This document shows, piece by piece, positions 8,830 through 21,238 of a stretch of 64,000 nt of DNA (position 1 is the stretch's first letter; every line of letters starts with the position of its first letter). Both the position numbers and the translations under genes were made by a program. The notes under the pieces are model-generated. The model did no database searches, had not been told where the DNA came from, and was given only the letters and a program-made list of their open reading frames with translations. The stretch comes from Verrucomicrobiia bacterium (GTDB lineage: Bacteria; Verrucomicrobiota; Verrucomicrobiia; Limisphaerales; UBA1319), in the NCBI GenBank assembly GCA_963664225.1, contig OY760937.1:800001-864000 (forward strand), given 5' to 3'.

Positions 8830-11800
8830 ATGGATTTGGGCGTTAACAATTATCAAAATATGCGGAATGCACGAGGCGCAAGCCAGCCAGATCTGGAAGG
8901 TAAAAGGCTTGATGCCTTGCGCCAGTACCAGATTTTGGACACCGCTCCAGAGGTGGATTTTGATGATTTAACACGATTGGCCGCAGTATGTTGCAATACG
9001 CCAATCGCCTGTATCTCTTTTGTCGATGAGAAGCGGATTTGGTTTAAAGCCAGGGTGGGGATCGATTGTGTGGAGATGCCGCGGGAAGCCTCGCCATGCG
9101 GTCAATTGAACGAGGACTCGGATGTTTCCTGCATAGAAGATCTTGCGCTGGATCCTCGGTTTTCACAGCATCCCATGGTTTTAAGAGGGGCGCGGTTGCG
9201 CTTCCATGCGAGTATGCCGCTCATTTCATTTGATGGGTATGTGCTGGGTTCGCTGTGCGTGATGGACGACAAACCGAACCAGCTATCAGAGGCCCAACGA
9301 GTTGCATTGCGCATTTTGGCTCGGCAGGTATGCACGCAGTTGGAGTTGCGCAAGCACCAGAATCAATACCTGCAGGCGCGGAGCGACCAATATCAGGCCG
9401 AGAAGGCGCTAAAAGACGCAAACGCTTTCTATTACTCTCTTGTGGAAGGGCTTCCACAGAACATTTTTCGCAAGGACGTTCACGGTCGCTTCACTTTTGC
9501 CAATCAGCGGTTCTGCCAGAATCGGGGCCGGACCCTGGAGGAGATCAAAGGGAAGACGGATTTCGATTTTTTTCCGTCTGAACTGGCCCAAAAATATCAG
9601 CGGGACGATCAACGGATTCTGAGCACGGGTCAGATTCTGGATACGGTGGAGGCGCATCAGAACCCCGATGGGGGTAAAATATATGTTCATGTGGTCAAGA
9701 CCCCCATCACCAATCTGGAGGGGCAGGTCATCGGCATTCAGGGGATTTTCTGGGATGTGACCGCCCGGAAAAAGATCGAAGAGGAGCTGGCCTACGAACG
9801 CGATTTGCTGCGGATGCTTCTGGAGAACATTCCCGATCATATTTATTTCAAGGACTCGCAGTCGCGGTTTATGAAGGTGAGCCGCGGACTGGCCACCTTG
9901 TTCCACTTAAAGACCACGGATGAGGTGATCGGGAAGAGCGATTTCGACTTTTTCACGGAGGATCATGCGCGTGCGGCCTACGAGGATGAGCAAAGGATCA
10001 TGCGCACGGGCCAGCCGGTCATTGCCAAACCGGAGAAGGAGACCTGGCCTGACGGGCGTGAGACGTGGGCGCTGACGACCAAGATGCCGCTTCGCAATAA
10101 GGATGGAGCGATCATAGGAACGTTCGGGATTTCAAAAGACATTACGGCGCTGGAAAAGGCGCAATCCGAATTGCAGGTGGCGCGGGATGCGGCGTTGGAA
10201 TCGACACGGCTGAAGTCTGAGTTCCTGGCGAACATGAGCCATGAAATCCGCACGCCAATGAATGCGATCATTGGGATGACGGGGTTGCTTTTGGAGGACG
10301 AGCTATCGGTCGAGCAGAGGGATTTCGTGGAAACCATACGGGCCAGCGCGGATGCGCTCCTGACCATCATCAACGATATTTTGGATTTTTCCAAGATCGA
10401 GGCTGGAAAAATGGCGTTGGAAACCGTGGGTTTTGACCTGGTGGAGCTGCTGGAAGGCACTGCGGAACTGGTCGTGGCCAAAGCCCACGGCAAGGGGATT
10501 GAATTGGTGTCGTGGATCCGACAGGACGTTCCCTCCCGTCTATTTGGCGATCCGGGTCGATTAAGGCAAATCCTGGCCAACCTGTTGAGCAATGCCGTGA
10601 AATTCACGGATCAAGGCGAAGTGGTGATGCAGGTCGAGAAGGAAAGCGAAACGGAGACGCAAGTTCAATTGCGATTCTCAGTCCGGGATACGGGGATTGG
10701 CATCCCGCCTCAAGTTCAGGAAATGATTTTTCAATCCTTCACGCAGGCGGATGGATCGACCACCCGCAAATACGGAGGCACGGGCCTGGGGCTGGCGATT
10801 TCCAGGCAATTGGTGGAAATCATGCATGGCCGCATTGGCGTGGATAGCGAGCCGGGCAAGGGGTCCTGTTTTTGGTTTGTGATTACTTTGGAGAAACAGC
10901 CTGTGGACGCCCAGGCGCTGGCGGCGCTGCGCAAGGAAAACCTTGTGGGGCTTCGGGTTCTCATCGTGGATGACAACGCCACGAACCGGCAATTATTGGA
11001 GTATCAGTTGGGCTTGTTTCGAATGGTTACGGCGCAGGTAGCCAGCGGGTTTGAAGCGCTGGAGGCGATGCGCAAGGCCGCGACGGCCGGGCATCCCTTT
11101 TCGCTGGTGATTCTGGATCATCAAATGCCCGAAATGGACGGTGTCATGCTGGCCCGCATCATCAAGGGCGATCCCGCGATTGCCCAGACGCGGCTGGTGA
11201 TGCTGACTTCGTTGGGGCACAGGCTGGAACCGGCCCAGATCAAGGAGCTGGCGTTGTCGGCTTATCTGATCAAACCGGTCAAGCAGTCACGCCTGGGCGA
11301 TTGTCTGGCGCAGGTCATGGGCATGGCCGTTGAGCCCGGGGTGGAGTTGATGGCAGCCGCTCCCAATGAAAAGAGGTCCGAACGGATCCAGAATTTTCGC
11401 ATACTCGTGGCCGAGGATAATCCGGTGAATCAAAAGGTGATATTGCGCCAGCTAAAGAAGCTCGGCTGCACGGCAGAGGCCGTGGGCAATGGATTCGAGG
11501 TGGTCGAGGCCTTGAATCGGATCCCCTATGATTTGATTTTGATGGATTGTCAGATGCCTGAAATGGACGGTTACGAAGCCTCCCGCAGGATTCGCGAGAG
11601 GGAAGCGGGTCAAGGCGATGCCCAACCAGGCGCGCCCTGTCATATCATTGCCCTGACGGCCAACGCCCTGGCGGGGGATCGGGAGAAATGTCTGGATGCC
11701 GGGATGGATGATTACATCATCAAGCCGGTTCATCTCAGCGAACTGCAGGCGGCTCTGGAGCGCGCGGCGACGGCGGCATGCGCCGTTCGTCCACAGCAAT

Positions 11801-12186
11801 CGTCCTCCCGGCGGCTCTCCATGGAGGCATGGCGCGATCTGGGTATTGCGGACTCCCTGGAAGCGGTGGCAGAATTATTGGAGCTTTTCCGCAAGGATGG
11901 AACCATGAGAGTGGAACAACTGCTGGCGGCTGCGGACGGGAACAACACCGCCCAATGGTTGTCAGCGGCTCACAGCCTCAAGGGAAGCAGCAGTAATCTG
12001 GGGGCGCGAAACCTTTCCGCGCTGTGCGCCGATGCGGAAAAGGCGGCACGCGAGGATAATGCGGCTCTCATGAAATCCCTGGGCCAGCAAATCAAAGAGG
12101 AATTTAAACAGGTGGTTGCGGCGGTCGAACAAAAGAAGAACGAAATGGAGATCGATGGCAACAGCGGGCGACCTCATTCGTTATGA
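8830..12186 (+). CDS. Hybrid sensor kinase GAF-PAS-PAS-HisKA-HATPase-REC-REC-Hpt
   Basis: [43 protein letters not shown], Hpt AHSLKGSS. Confidence 0.95.
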   Translation: MDLGVNNYQNMRNARGASQPDLEGKRLDALRQYQILDTAPEVDFDDLTRLAAVCCNTPIACISFVDEKRIWFKARVGIDCVEMPREASPCGQLNEDSDVSCIEDLALDPRFSQHPMVLRGARLRFHASMPLISFDGYVLGSLCVMDDKPNQLSEAQRVALRILARQVCTQLELRKHQNQYLQARSDQYQAEKALKDANAFYYSLVEGLPQNIFRKDVHGRFTFANQRFCQNRGRTLEEIKGKTDFDFFPSELAQKYQRDDQRILSTGQILDTVEAHQNPDGGKIYVHVVKTPITNLEGQVIGIQGIFWDVTARKKIEEELAYERDLLRMLLENIPDHIYFKDSQSRFMKVSRGLATLFHLKTTDEVIGKSDFDFFTEDHARAAYEDEQRIMRTGQPVIAKPEKETWPDGRETWALTTKMPLRNKDGAIIGTFGISKDITALEKAQSELQVARDAALESTRLKSEFLANMSHEIRTPMNAIIGMTGLLLEDELSVEQRDFVETIRASADALLTIINDILDFSKIEAGKMALETVGFDLVELLEGTAELVVAKAHGKGIELVSWIRQDVPSRLFGDPGRLRQILANLLSNAVKFTDQGEVVMQVEKESETETQVQLRFSVRDTGIGIPPQVQEMIFQSFTQADGSTTRKYGGTGLGLAISRQLVEIMHGRIGVDSEPGKGSCFWFVITLEKQPVDAQALAALRKENLVGLRVLIVDDNATNRQLLEYQLGLFRMVTAQVASGFEALEAMRKAATAGHPFSLVILDHQMPEMDGVMLARIIKGDPAIAQTRLVMLTSLGHRLEPAQIKELALSAYLIKPVKQSRLGDCLAQVMGMAVEPGVELMAAAPNEKRSERIQNFRILVAEDNPVNQKVILRQLKKLGCTAEAVGNGFEVVEALNRIPYDLILMDCQMPEMDGYEASRRIREREAGQGDAQPGAPCHIIALTANALAGDREKCLDAGMDDYIIKPVHLSELQAALERAATAACAVRPQQSSSRRLSMEAWRDLGIADSLEAVAELLELFRKDGTMRVEQLLAAADGNNTAQWLSAAHSLKGSSSNLGARNLSALCADAEKAAREDNAALMKSLGQQIKEEFKQVVAAVEQKKNEMEIDGNSGRPHSL

Positions 12187-14723
12187 CCCTGAAAACCCCG
12201 CCCATGCTTAACCAAACCGCGCAAATACTGCTGGTGGACGATGCCACCGAGCTGCATTTTTTTCTTTCCGCCAGCCTCCGCGAGGATCCGGTGCAGATTA
12301 CGTCCGTACAGGACGGGTTGGCTGGTCTGGAAAACGCCCGCGCCAAAAAATACGATTTGATTCTTTTGGATTTGAACCTTCCCGGATTGAATGGTTTTGA
12401 GGTTCTCGAAAAACTCAAGGCTGACAATCTCACGCGGCATGTTCCGGTGATCGTTTTGACCGGTTGGGACGACCTGATGGACAAGGTGCGATGTTTTGAA
12501 ATGGGGGCCACGGATTATGTGACCAAGCCATTCGAGGTGGCTGAACTCCGCGCGCGAGTGCGCGCCGCCCTGCGGGCCAAGTTTCTTCAGGACCAGCTTT
12601 CCCTGGCCCATCAGGAATTGATCACGGCCCGCATGGCGTCAGAGGCTGCGGAGGCGAGCACACGCGCCAAGTCGGAATTTCTGGCCAATATGAGCCATGA
12701 GATTCGCACACCAATGAATGGCGTGATTGCCCTGACCGGACTCATGCTGCAAACGGAACTGACACCCGAGCAGCGGGATTTGGCGGACACGATCCGGTCA
12801 AGCGGGGACGCGCTTCTGAATATTTTGGACGGCATCCTGGATTTTTCGAAGGTCGAGTCGGGCAAACTGGAGCTGGAAAACAGTCCATTCGATTTGCGGG
12901 CCTGCATGGAAGGGGCTTTGGATGTCATGGCCAGCAAGGCGGGAGAGAAGAATCTGGACCTTGCCTGCCTGGTGGCCGAAGGCACACCCACGACGGTCAG
13001 CGGGGATGTGACGCGGTTAAGACAGATTCTCGTTAATCTGGTGAGTAATGCGATCAAGTTCACCCATGCGGGAGAAATCTCCATCCAGGTTCAGTTGGCT
13101 GAATTGGCTGAATTGGATCAACTGGCCGCCGGGGAGGCTGCAGGTTCGGGAGCTTCGAATTGGAATTCCACCAATGGCGGGGGCGGACCGCTTCGGCTGC
13201 ATTTTTGTGTGCGCGACACGGGTATTGGCATTCCTCCGGAGAAACAGGATCGGTTGTTCAAGTCGTTCAGCCAGGTGGATGCCTCGACCACACGAAAATT
13301 CGGAGGCACCGGCTTGGGCCTGGCCATCAGCAAGCGGCTGGCCGAATTGATGGGGGGAGAGATCTGGGTCGAAAGCGCCCCAGGCCATGGTTCGGCTTTC
13401 CATTTTACGATCCAAGTCTCCGCGGTGTCGGCGCATAGTCCGATCGTTTCCGCCCATGTGAAGGATAAACTGGCGGGGGTGCGCCTGTTGGTTGTGGACG
13501 ATAGTCCCAGCGTGCGGCGCGGCATGGCGCAATGCTGCCGTCCATGGGGGGTGTCGGTGCTTGAAGCGGAAAGCGCCGTTCAAGCGCTGGCCACGTTCGG
13601 TGAATCGCCCTGCGATCTGGTGGCCGTCGATGTCGGTCTGTCCGATATGAATTTTACGGACTTGATTTCCGAGATTAAAGGGGGCGCTTCCAACCCGGTT
13701 CATTTTTTGTTGCTGCAACCCGTGGGGCATTTGCCACAAACCCAGAAGGCCGGCAACCCGGCGCAGTGGATTTCGACCGCCAAGCCGGTCAAGGCTTCGT
13801 CGCTGCAGTCGGCGATTCTCAGAGCGCTGGATGGCGGCCCGGCCGAAGCCAAACCGATTATTCCCGCGATTTCGAGGAAGGCTGTCCTGGCGGAGCGCCT
13901 GCCGATGCGGTTGCTGGTGGTCGATGACAACCTGATCAACCAAAAGGTCATGTTGAGCCTCCTGCAGCGAATGGGCTACAAAAGCGCGGTTGCCAACAAC
14001 GGCCTGGAGGCGGTGGAGGCGGTGGAGGCGCAAGATTACGAACTTCTGTTCATGGACGTGCAGATGTCAAAGCTCGATGGGATTGAAGCCACCCGACGCA
14101 TTCGCGCGCTGGAACGGGAGCGGAAGGCCGCCAATAAGAAAATCCGGCCGGCGGTCATCATTGCCCTGACCGCGCGCGCCATGGCAGGGGACCGTGAGAA
14201 TTGCCTGGCTGCAGGGATGGACGATTTCCTGACCAAACCCATCCGGGCCGAGGCGTTGGAAAAGGCATTGGAGCATTGGGGGAACACTCTTCATTCGTCC
14301 GGTGAAGGAGAACGATTGGCGCCAAAGCAGGCTGCCATTGTTCCCATGCCGCGACCTGGACCCGCCAACAAGCCGCCGATGTCACCTCCTGTGGATATGG
14401 AGCGATTGCTGGATTTTTCGAATGGAGATTCCAATAAATTGCGCGAGCTGGTCCAGCTGTACCTGACCCAAATGGAGGACCGTCTGGGAAAGATCAACCA
14501 GGCCCTCCAGGTTTCCGACGCGAATGCAACGCAGCATCTGGCTCATGGCAGCGCGGGCGCGAGCTCCACATGCGGCATGGGAACCATCGCCAGTATTTTT
14601 GCGGCGATGGAAAGGTTGTGCATGGCACAGAAGGTAGATGAAGCCAGGGAGCTTTATGAGCCGTTGAAGCTGGAATTGATCCGCATAAGGAATTTTCTGG
14701 ATAATTATCTTCGAAATCATTAG
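12183..14723 (+). CDS. Hybrid kinase REC-HisKA-HATPase-REC(degenerate)-REC-Hpt
   Basis: [40 protein letters not shown] overlap with the upstream gene. Confidence 0.95.
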   Translation: MTLKTPPMLNQTAQILLVDDATELHFFLSASLREDPVQITSVQDGLAGLENARAKKYDLILLDLNLPGLNGFEVLEKLKADNLTRHVPVIVLTGWDDLMDKVRCFEMGATDYVTKPFEVAELRARVRAALRAKFLQDQLSLAHQELITARMASEAAEASTRAKSEFLANMSHEIRTPMNGVIALTGLMLQTELTPEQRDLADTIRSSGDALLNILDGILDFSKVESGKLELENSPFDLRACMEGALDVMASKAGEKNLDLACLVAEGTPTTVSGDVTRLRQILVNLVSNAIKFTHAGEISIQVQLAELAELDQLAAGEAAGSGASNWNSTNGGGGPLRLHFCVRDTGIGIPPEKQDRLFKSFSQVDASTTRKFGGTGLGLAISKRLAELMGGEIWVESAPGHGSAFHFTIQVSAVSAHSPIVSAHVKDKLAGVRLLVVDDSPSVRRGMAQCCRPWGVSVLEAESAVQALATFGESPCDLVAVDVGLSDMNFTDLISEIKGGASNPVHFLLLQPVGHLPQTQKAGNPAQWISTAKPVKASSLQSAILRALDGGPAEAKPIIPAISRKAVLAERLPMRLLVVDDNLINQKVMLSLLQRMGYKSAVANNGLEAVEAVEAQDYELLFMDVQMSKLDGIEATRRIRALERERKAANKKIRPAVIIALTARAMAGDRENCLAAGMDDFLTKPIRAEALEKALEHWGNTLHSSGEGERLAPKQAAIVPMPRPGPANKPPMSPPVDMERLLDFSNGDSNKLRELVQLYLTQMEDRLGKINQALQVSDANATQHLAHGSAGASSTCGMGTIASIFAAMERLCMAQKVDEARELYEPLKLELIRIRNFLDNYLRNH

Positions 14724-14746
14724 AATTGCGATATTATTAATAATTT

Positions 14747-16057
14747 ATGATGAAAATCCTCATCATCGAAGACGATCCGATCATTGCCAATATTTACCGA
14801 ACCCGGCTGGAGAAGGAAGGATTCCAGGTAGAGATCGCCGCCGACGGGCAGACCGGCTTTTATCGTATTCACGAAAGTCATCCCGACGCGTTGCTGTTGG
14901 ATTTGATGCTGCCGAAGATCGATGGCCTTCAAATACTGCGCAAGATACGCGCCCAAAAGGCCTTTGCAAATCTGCCGGTGATCGTGTTTACCAACGCCTA
15001 TGTGCCCAATATGATCCATGAGGCGAACAAGGCGGGGGCTAATGTGGTATTCAACAAGGCCGCGCTGACTCCACGGCAAATTATCGACGCGCTTAATTCG
15101 ACCCTGTTCCCCAATGCCCCAGTTAACCAGCCCACCGGGCCAGTGACTGCGCCTGCCGCGCCTGTGACTGAGTCTGCCGCGCCCGTGACTGGGCCTGTGG
15201 AGCCAACTGGGCAGATCGATACGGCTCATCCATATTCGAATTCCGGTCATGAAATGCAGGCTGAGGCGAAGAAGCCGTCCTCCTCGGAGCTTGACGCGGC
15301 CTTTCAGAAGGATTTGCTTGGCAGTTTTATCCAGTCGGCGCCGAATACTCTGTCGGCATTGCGAAAACTGCTGCACGAATTTTTGCGCTCGCCCACGGAT
15401 CAGGCCCGGTTGGAGCAGCTCATGGAGATGTATCGGAAGGTCCACTCGATAACAGGCAACGCTGCGGTGGTTGGACTGGATAATATCGCCCAAATGTGTT
15501 CCGCCTTCGAGGCGCTCTTGAAGGAATTGAGCGAAAAGCCCAAGAATATCAGCCCATCGTGCATGCGGACCATCGCGCATGCGGTCGATTTCCTTGGGGT
15601 TCTTTTTGAACGGGGCACAGGTCCATCGGTTTTGGGCCATCCGCCGGTTGAAATTCTGGTGGTTGATGACGAGGTTATTTCGAGGCGCGCGATCATCTAC
15701 GCGCTGGACAAGGCACAACTGAAGTCTGAAGGCCTTGAAGATCCGATGGCCGCCTACAAACTTTTAGGCGAAAAGCGCTTTGATCTGATCATTCTGGATG
15801 TTGACATGCCGGGCATGAATGGTTTTGAGCTATGCACCAAGCTGCGCTCTCTGCCCCTGAGCCAAAGCACGCCGGTTATTTTCGTCACCAGCATGACGGA
15901 TTTTGAAAGCCGGGCCCGCTCGAGTCTGAGCGGTGGCAATGATTTGATCGCCAAGCCATTTTTCTTTATCGAGCTGACTGTCAAGGCTTTCATCTACGTC
16001 CTTAAAGGGCGTATTGCCCCGCCACAAAAGCAGGTCGGCAGCGCGATGGCATTCTGA
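14747..16057 (+). CDS. Response regulator REC-Hpt-REC
   Basis: LLDLMLP; Pro/Thr-rich linker with 21-bp imperfect repeats; VHSITGNA; LDVDMP. Confidence 0.9.
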   Translation: MMKILIIEDDPIIANIYRTRLEKEGFQVEIAADGQTGFYRIHESHPDALLLDLMLPKIDGLQILRKIRAQKAFANLPVIVFTNAYVPNMIHEANKAGANVVFNKAALTPRQIIDALNSTLFPNAPVNQPTGPVTAPAAPVTESAAPVTGPVEPTGQIDTAHPYSNSGHEMQAEAKKPSSSELDAAFQKDLLGSFIQSAPNTLSALRKLLHEFLRSPTDQARLEQLMEMYRKVHSITGNAAVVGLDNIAQMCSAFEALLKELSEKPKNISPSCMRTIAHAVDFLGVLFERGTGPSVLGHPPVEILVVDDEVISRRAIIYALDKAQLKSEGLEDPMAAYKLLGEKRFDLIILDVDMPGMNGFELCTKLRSLPLSQSTPVIFVTSMTDFESRARSSLSGGNDLIAKPFFFIELTVKAFIYVLKGRIAPPQKQVGSAMAF

Positions 16058-16105
16058 TTGCAACGATTTAAACCAGGTCCAGCCGCAAATGTCAGCTTAT
16101 AATTC

Positions 16106-18991
16106 GTGAAAGAATCTCCTGCATTTAATCCAACAATACCGTCTGAACGCCATTGGGTGCCCGAGGCTCGCATGGCGACCCATGCCGAAATTACCGAAGC
16201 GCTAAATGCCATCGTTCGCGGCCACTGCCGCAAGGCATTGACGGCATTGTGCCTGTTTTTCGCAGTCCTCGCGGTGGTGGAATCCTTCCTGGCCGGCCTT
16301 ATTCTGCCACACCCGCCGTTCTTGAACCAGGCACAGCCGGTGACTCCCACCATTTCATTGGCGGCGCTTACCGCCGGCGTCTTGTTGGTGATGCGCGTTC
16401 TTTTCAGCCTGCACCCGATCTCCGGCCGGCTGGCGCATCCGTTTGGGGGATTTATCGCGGGTTTGGTTCTCATCAACTGCTCGATGAGTTTTTATTTGAC
16501 GGCGGATCCCAAACAGACCATCACGCTCATGCTTCTGATAATCGGGGCGGGGTGTTTCTTCCTGTCAGTGCCGTGGTTGTTGGCGGTGGAGGTCTGCACG
16601 CTTGGAACATGGAGTTATTTTGTTTATAATGCGGCCTCTCCCAATGAATGGCTGCAATTTGGCATAGGGCTGGTGATTGCGTCGTTGTTTTCATTTTTCA
16701 TTCACGGCGTGCGGCTCAGCACCTATCGGGAGCAGCAGATCATGGCCATTGAAAAGCGTTCACGGCACGATGCCCTGTCCGAGGCGGTGCAAAAAGCGCA
16801 GCGCAGCGAAGAACGGTTCAAACGGTTGTCCTCCGCATCGTCGGAAGGGGTGGCGGTTCATCAGCGCGGGATGATCGTGGACACGAATGACACGCTGGCG
16901 GCCATGTTCGGCTATGCGGCCCCGGAATTGACCGGGCGCAGCCTGCTCGAGCTTTTCGACAGGGGATCCTGCGCGATGATTTCGGAAAGCCTGATCCTTG
17001 GAAATTACAAGACTTTCGAGGCGATGGGCGTTCGCAAGAACGGGACTCAATTTCCAATTGAATTGCTGAACAAGACGGTGACCGCGGAAGATGGCTCGTT
17101 GTTGATCAGTGCGAGCTTTCGGGATGTTTCGGAGCGCAAGGCCGCGGAGGAAATGCTGCGGATGGAGAAGAAGCTGCTTGAGGATCAGTATAAGCGACAG
17201 GCGGCCATCGCCGGCATCGAATTATCCGTGGGCCGGGCTGATGAACTGACACATTTGCTGCAAAGAATTGTGGAGGCGGCCGCCACATTGCTTCCGGCCA
17301 CGGAGGGAGCCTGCATCGTGCTGCACGACACCAAGGCGGGCGGGCACAGCGTGGCGGCGAGCACGCTGCAGGGGTTGGAGACCAATGCCGCACTGCCTTC
17401 GAGCGTTTCCCAGGCGGGTTCGGTGATTCACTGGATTTTTGAGAATAAGGAATCGCTTTTCATTCCCAATGTTGCCAACGATCCGCTCAACATCCAAAGG
17501 ATTTTTCCCAACCGCAATATTCATGCCTATTCCGCGATTCCAATCATCAGTGACGCGAAAGTTTTGGGCGTGTTTTTTATTCTGGACAGGCACAGCCGCA
17601 AGCATAAACCCGAGGACTATGATTTTATCAACACGCTGGTCAGCCGGGCCGGCTCGGGGATTCTGCAGCTGCAATTGTTTGAACGATTGATGGGGGCCAA
17701 TCAGCTTCTGGAGCGGCAGAGCGCGACGTTAAAGAAGAATCTGGCCGAATTGGCCATAGCCAAGGAGTCGGCCGAGGCGGCGAAATTGGTGTTGGAGAAG
17801 CAACGGCTTGAATTGCAGAAGAAGAATGCCGAGCTGTTGCATGCAAAAGATGCGGCGGACAGCGCCAACAAGACAAAGTCCGAATTTCTGGCCAACGTAA
17901 GTCATGAGTTGCGCACGCCCATGAATGGGATCATGGGCATGGCGAATCTGCTGTTATTAAGCGATTTGAATCTGGAGCAGCGCGATTTTGTCGAGACCTT
18001 GAATACGAGCGCGGAAGGTCTTCTCTCGATCATCGACAATATTCTCGATTATTCGAAGATGGATTCGGGCAAAATGGCGCTGGAGGTTGTCGATTTCGAT
18101 GTCCGGGATGCGATTGAGGAGGCGGTCAATGATTTCGCCGAGGCGGCGCACGCCAAGGGCCTCGATCTCATATGTTATATTCCGCATGATTTGCCATCCT
18201 CAGTTCGGGGTGACTCTGGAAGACTTCTTCAAGTGGTTGGCAACCTTGTTGGCAACGCGATCAAATTCACCGAAAAGGGGGAGGTCATGGTTGGCGTGTC
18301 TCACGAAAGCGACAGCGACAAGGAGGTGACGATTCGTGTTTCAGTTCGTGACACGGGGATGGGTGTTTCGCCCCAGGTTTTGCCGAAGTTGTTTGCACCG
18401 TTCAGCCAGGGGGATGGATCGAATTCGCGCACGCATGGCGGGACGGGACTCGGATTGGCGATCGCCAAGGAGTTGGTTGAAATGATGCATGGTCGGATTG
18501 GCGTGGAAAGCACACTGGGCCAGGGTGCGGATTTTTGGTTTACGGTTTTGCTAGAGAAAGGGAATGAAGGCAGACGCCTGGCGCCTCCAAGGCACCTTGT
18601 CGAAACGAAGCCCAGGATGCTGATCATCGAGGACAGCGCGACTCAGCGCCTGGTTCTGGAGCGGCAGATGGCTCCCTGCAATCTGGTTCTCGAGAGTGTG
18701 GCGAGCGGCGAGGCGGGGATCAATCATTGCCAGCATGCGGCGGTTTCCGGGGAGCCGTTCACTTTGGCGCTGGTGGAGCAGCAGATGGCGGGAATGTCGG
18801 GATTGGAATTTGCGCGGGCATTGAAAGCCGACAAGATGTTGAGGCGCACCCGGGTCATTTTGCTAACGCGCGTGGGCAAGTCCACCAGTCCCGCAGAACT
18901 AAAAGAGGCCGGAGTCACCGCGTCCATCGACAAGCCGGTCAGGCTGGGGCATCTCTGGGACTGTGTGGCGACCGTGGCGATGGCGCATTGA
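16106..18991 (+). CDS. Membrane hybrid sensor kinase TM-PAS-GAF-HisKA-HATPase-pseudoREC
   Basis: Several N-terminal TM helices, [16 protein letters not shown], terminal REC with LVEQQM. Confidence 0.92.
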   Translation: MKESPAFNPTIPSERHWVPEARMATHAEITEALNAIVRGHCRKALTALCLFFAVLAVVESFLAGLILPHPPFLNQAQPVTPTISLAALTAGVLLVMRVLFSLHPISGRLAHPFGGFIAGLVLINCSMSFYLTADPKQTITLMLLIIGAGCFFLSVPWLLAVEVCTLGTWSYFVYNAASPNEWLQFGIGLVIASLFSFFIHGVRLSTYREQQIMAIEKRSRHDALSEAVQKAQRSEERFKRLSSASSEGVAVHQRGMIVDTNDTLAAMFGYAAPELTGRSLLELFDRGSCAMISESLILGNYKTFEAMGVRKNGTQFPIELLNKTVTAEDGSLLISASFRDVSERKAAEEMLRMEKKLLEDQYKRQAAIAGIELSVGRADELTHLLQRIVEAAATLLPATEGACIVLHDTKAGGHSVAASTLQGLETNAALPSSVSQAGSVIHWIFENKESLFIPNVANDPLNIQRIFPNRNIHAYSAIPIISDAKVLGVFFILDRHSRKHKPEDYDFINTLVSRAGSGILQLQLFERLMGANQLLERQSATLKKNLAELAIAKESAEAAKLVLEKQRLELQKKNAELLHAKDAADSANKTKSEFLANVSHELRTPMNGIMGMANLLLLSDLNLEQRDFVETLNTSAEGLLSIIDNILDYSKMDSGKMALEVVDFDVRDAIEEAVNDFAEAAHAKGLDLICYIPHDLPSSVRGDSGRLLQVVGNLVGNAIKFTEKGEVMVGVSHESDSDKEVTIRVSVRDTGMGVSPQVLPKLFAPFSQGDGSNSRTHGGTGLGLAIAKELVEMMHGRIGVESTLGQGADFWFTVLLEKGNEGRRLAPPRHLVETKPRMLIIEDSATQRLVLERQMAPCNLVLESVASGEAGINHCQHAAVSGEPFTLALVEQQMAGMSGLEFARALKADKMLRRTRVILLTRVGKSTSPAELKEAGVTASIDKPVRLGHLWDCVATVAMAH

Positions 18992-19067
18992 GCCGCGGGC
19001 TTTTAGCTCATGGCTTGTCTGGAATTTGGGTTTTACATTTTGTGCGGATGTTGCCTATAATGCCGAC

Positions 19068-19472
19068 ATGCCTGAAATTGCAGCCTATGTGAAGCGCGGT
19101 GGATCAGCGGTAACACCGCGTGTTGTTTCCACGATCATGCGTCAAATTCCGATGTGGAAAGCTGAATTTACACAGATAAAGTCCCCGGCGCATCCCCATC
19201 TGATCGATCAGCTCGAATTTCTGGCCAACGCGGTGGAGGACTTTGTCGAAGGGTCGGACAAGGATTTGACGTACACGTCGTTTGTGGAGGCGGTATTCGC
19301 GTTGACCTACGCGCACCGGAAGGTCGATATCATTCCTGATTTTGTGCTCAAGCTGGGTCACGCGGACGATTCAAGCATCGTGAGGGCGGCCTTGATTCAG
19401 AATGAGCGGGCATTTGCCCAGTATGCGGCAAGGCACAACATTAATTGGTCGAAGATCACAAGCGAGGCCTGA
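19068..19472 (+). CDS. YkvA/DUF1232 family protein
   Basis: ALTY..DIIPDF..LGHADD motif; TATAAT 6 nt before ATG 19068. Confidence 0.75.
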   Translation: MPEIAAYVKRGGSAVTPRVVSTIMRQIPMWKAEFTQIKSPAHPHLIDQLEFLANAVEDFVEGSDKDLTYTSFVEAVFALTYAHRKVDIIPDFVLKLGHADDSSIVRAALIQNERAFAQYAARHNINWSKITSEA

Positions 19473-19523
19473 AGAGGCCCAAAGCGGATGTGGTTGATGT
19501 TTCGCTGAGGCCAGGAACTCGAA

Positions 19524-20489
19524 TCACGATCTGGCTGGCATGGCGGAATTCAATCGCTGGCCGGGAGCAAGATGGTTTCCAGTCATGAATTGGGCGCAGG
19601 TCATCCGGCGTTTTCCTTCGCGCTGGATGACGGTGAGTTTCAGGGCATCCTGCCCGCAGGCGACGACGATCCCCGAGGCATCCGCCGATATGATCTCGCC
19701 CGGGCTTCGGGGGACTGCTTCCACGGGCACGGCCTCCCAGATTTTAAGCATGGCGGGCGTGGGACTCTCGATGTAGCTGTAGGCCCCAGGCCAGGGCGCG
19801 AAGGCGCGAATCCTGTTCCACAACTGACGCGCGGGGAGGTTCCAATCGATCAATCCATCCTGTTTGGTTATTTTTCTGGCATAACTCGCCTGATCCTGCG
19901 GTTGCGGGCGCGGTTGAATCCGGCCTGAGAGGTATTGGGGAATGGTCTCAAGCAGGAGGCGGGATCCCATTTGGGCGAGACGGTCATGAAGGGTTTGCGC
20001 GTTGTCGGAATCCAGGATGGCGGTTTTCTCCATGGTTAGAATATCCCCGGTATCCAGGCCTGCATCGACGCGCATGATGGTGACGCCGGTTTCTGAATCT
20101 TCGTTGAGGATGGCCCATTGAATGGGGGCCGCGCCGCGGTGTTTGGGCAGCAAAGAGGCGTGAACGTTGAGGCAGCCCCAGCGTGGCAGGTCCAGCAGGG
20201 ATTGGGGGAGAATCTGCCCGTAAGCGGCAACCACGATCAAATCCGGTTTTTTGGAAGCGATGGTTTGCAGGGCTTCATCACGGCGCACTTTTTCGGGTTG
20301 GAAGACCTCCAGACCCAGTTCCAGGGCCGTTGATTTGACCGGCGGCGGGCACAGTTTTAGATCCCTACCCTGAGGGCGGTCTGGCTGGGTGACAACCTGA
20401 ACGACCTGGTAATGGCCATCGGCAGCAAGGGCTTTAAGGCTGGGGCAGGCCAGTTCGGCCGTGCCCATAAAAGTCACTTGAATGCTCAT
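19524..20489 (-). CDS. fmt: Methionyl-tRNA formyltransferase
   Basis: FMGT, VVTQPDRP, VAAYGQILP, NVHASLLP.HRGAAPI, GLDTGD. Confidence 0.97.
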   Translation of the reverse strand: MSIQVTFMGTAELACPSLKALAADGHYQVVQVVTQPDRPQGRDLKLCPPPVKSTALELGLEVFQPEKVRRDEALQTIASKKPDLIVVAAYGQILPQSLLDLPRWGCLNVHASLLPKHRGAAPIQWAILNEDSETGVTIMRVDAGLDTGDILTMEKTAILDSDNAQTLHDRLAQMGSRLLLETIPQYLSGRIQPRPQPQDQASYARKITKQDGLIDWNLPARQLWNRIRAFAPWPGAYSYIESPTPAMLKIWEAVPVEAVPRSPGEIISADASGIVVACGQDALKLTVIQREGKRRMTCAQFMTGNHLAPGQRLNSAMPARS

Positions 20490-20525
20490 GGACTTGGATA
20501 AGGGTTCAATGCAAGACGGGGGATT

Positions 20526-21107
20526 TTAGAGCTTATTCACAATCGATAAAATGTCCTGGAGCACTTTTGCGGGGGCCTGCATGGCATCGATACGATGGAC
20601 AAGATTTTCCCCATAGAAGTCGAGCAGCGGCTTGGTGTCCTTTTCATAGATATCCAGACGCTGCAGGATGACTTCGTAGTTGGCATCGTCGAGCCGGTTT
20701 TCTTTCAAAGCGCGGCGTTGCAGGCGTGAAATTAATTTGGTCCGGTCGGGGCAAGTGAGATAGAACACAGCCTGAACGTCAAGAACCCCGACCAGCATTT
20801 GGGCCTGGGCGACGTTGCGCGGGATGCCGTCCAGCACGACAATGTCGCGCTCGGGGATGAACTGGCCTCCTTTGGTCCGGGATTCGATGAATTGCTGCCA
20901 AAGTCGAATGGTGTATTCATCTGGAACCAATTCGCCACGGCTGGAAAAATCCAAAAAAGTCCGCCCCAAATCGCTTTCAACCGTCAGATTGCGGAAGACA
21001 TCCCCGCAGGCACAATGGAAGAAACTGGGAACGGTTCCCAAAACCTTGCCTTGAGTGCCTTTTCCCGCTCCGGGAGCGCCGAATAGTAAAATGGCTCGCA
21101 GTTTCAT
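20526..21107 (-). CDS. adk: Adenylate kinase (short, LID-less type)
   Basis: GAPGAGKGTQ, GELVPD, LDGIPR, R.DD. Confidence 0.85.
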   Translation of the reverse strand: MKLRAILLFGAPGAGKGTQGKVLGTVPSFFHCACGDVFRNLTVESDLGRTFLDFSSRGELVPDEYTIRLWQQFIESRTKGGQFIPERDIVVLDGIPRNVAQAQMLVGVLDVQAVFYLTCPDRTKLISRLQRRALKENRLDDANYEVILQRLDIYEKDTKPLLDFYGENLVHRIDAMQAPAKVLQDILSIVNKL

Positions 21108-21238
21108 CGCCTTTAACCTTTGCCGGACGACACCGTATAAACGCGGTCCCCTGGAGCCTTGCCCATCGCGGTGGCCCTGGTTGATGCCCGTGCATGAAAC
21201 CGCCGAATCTGTTTGGGCCGTCTGGCGGCCTCACTATA

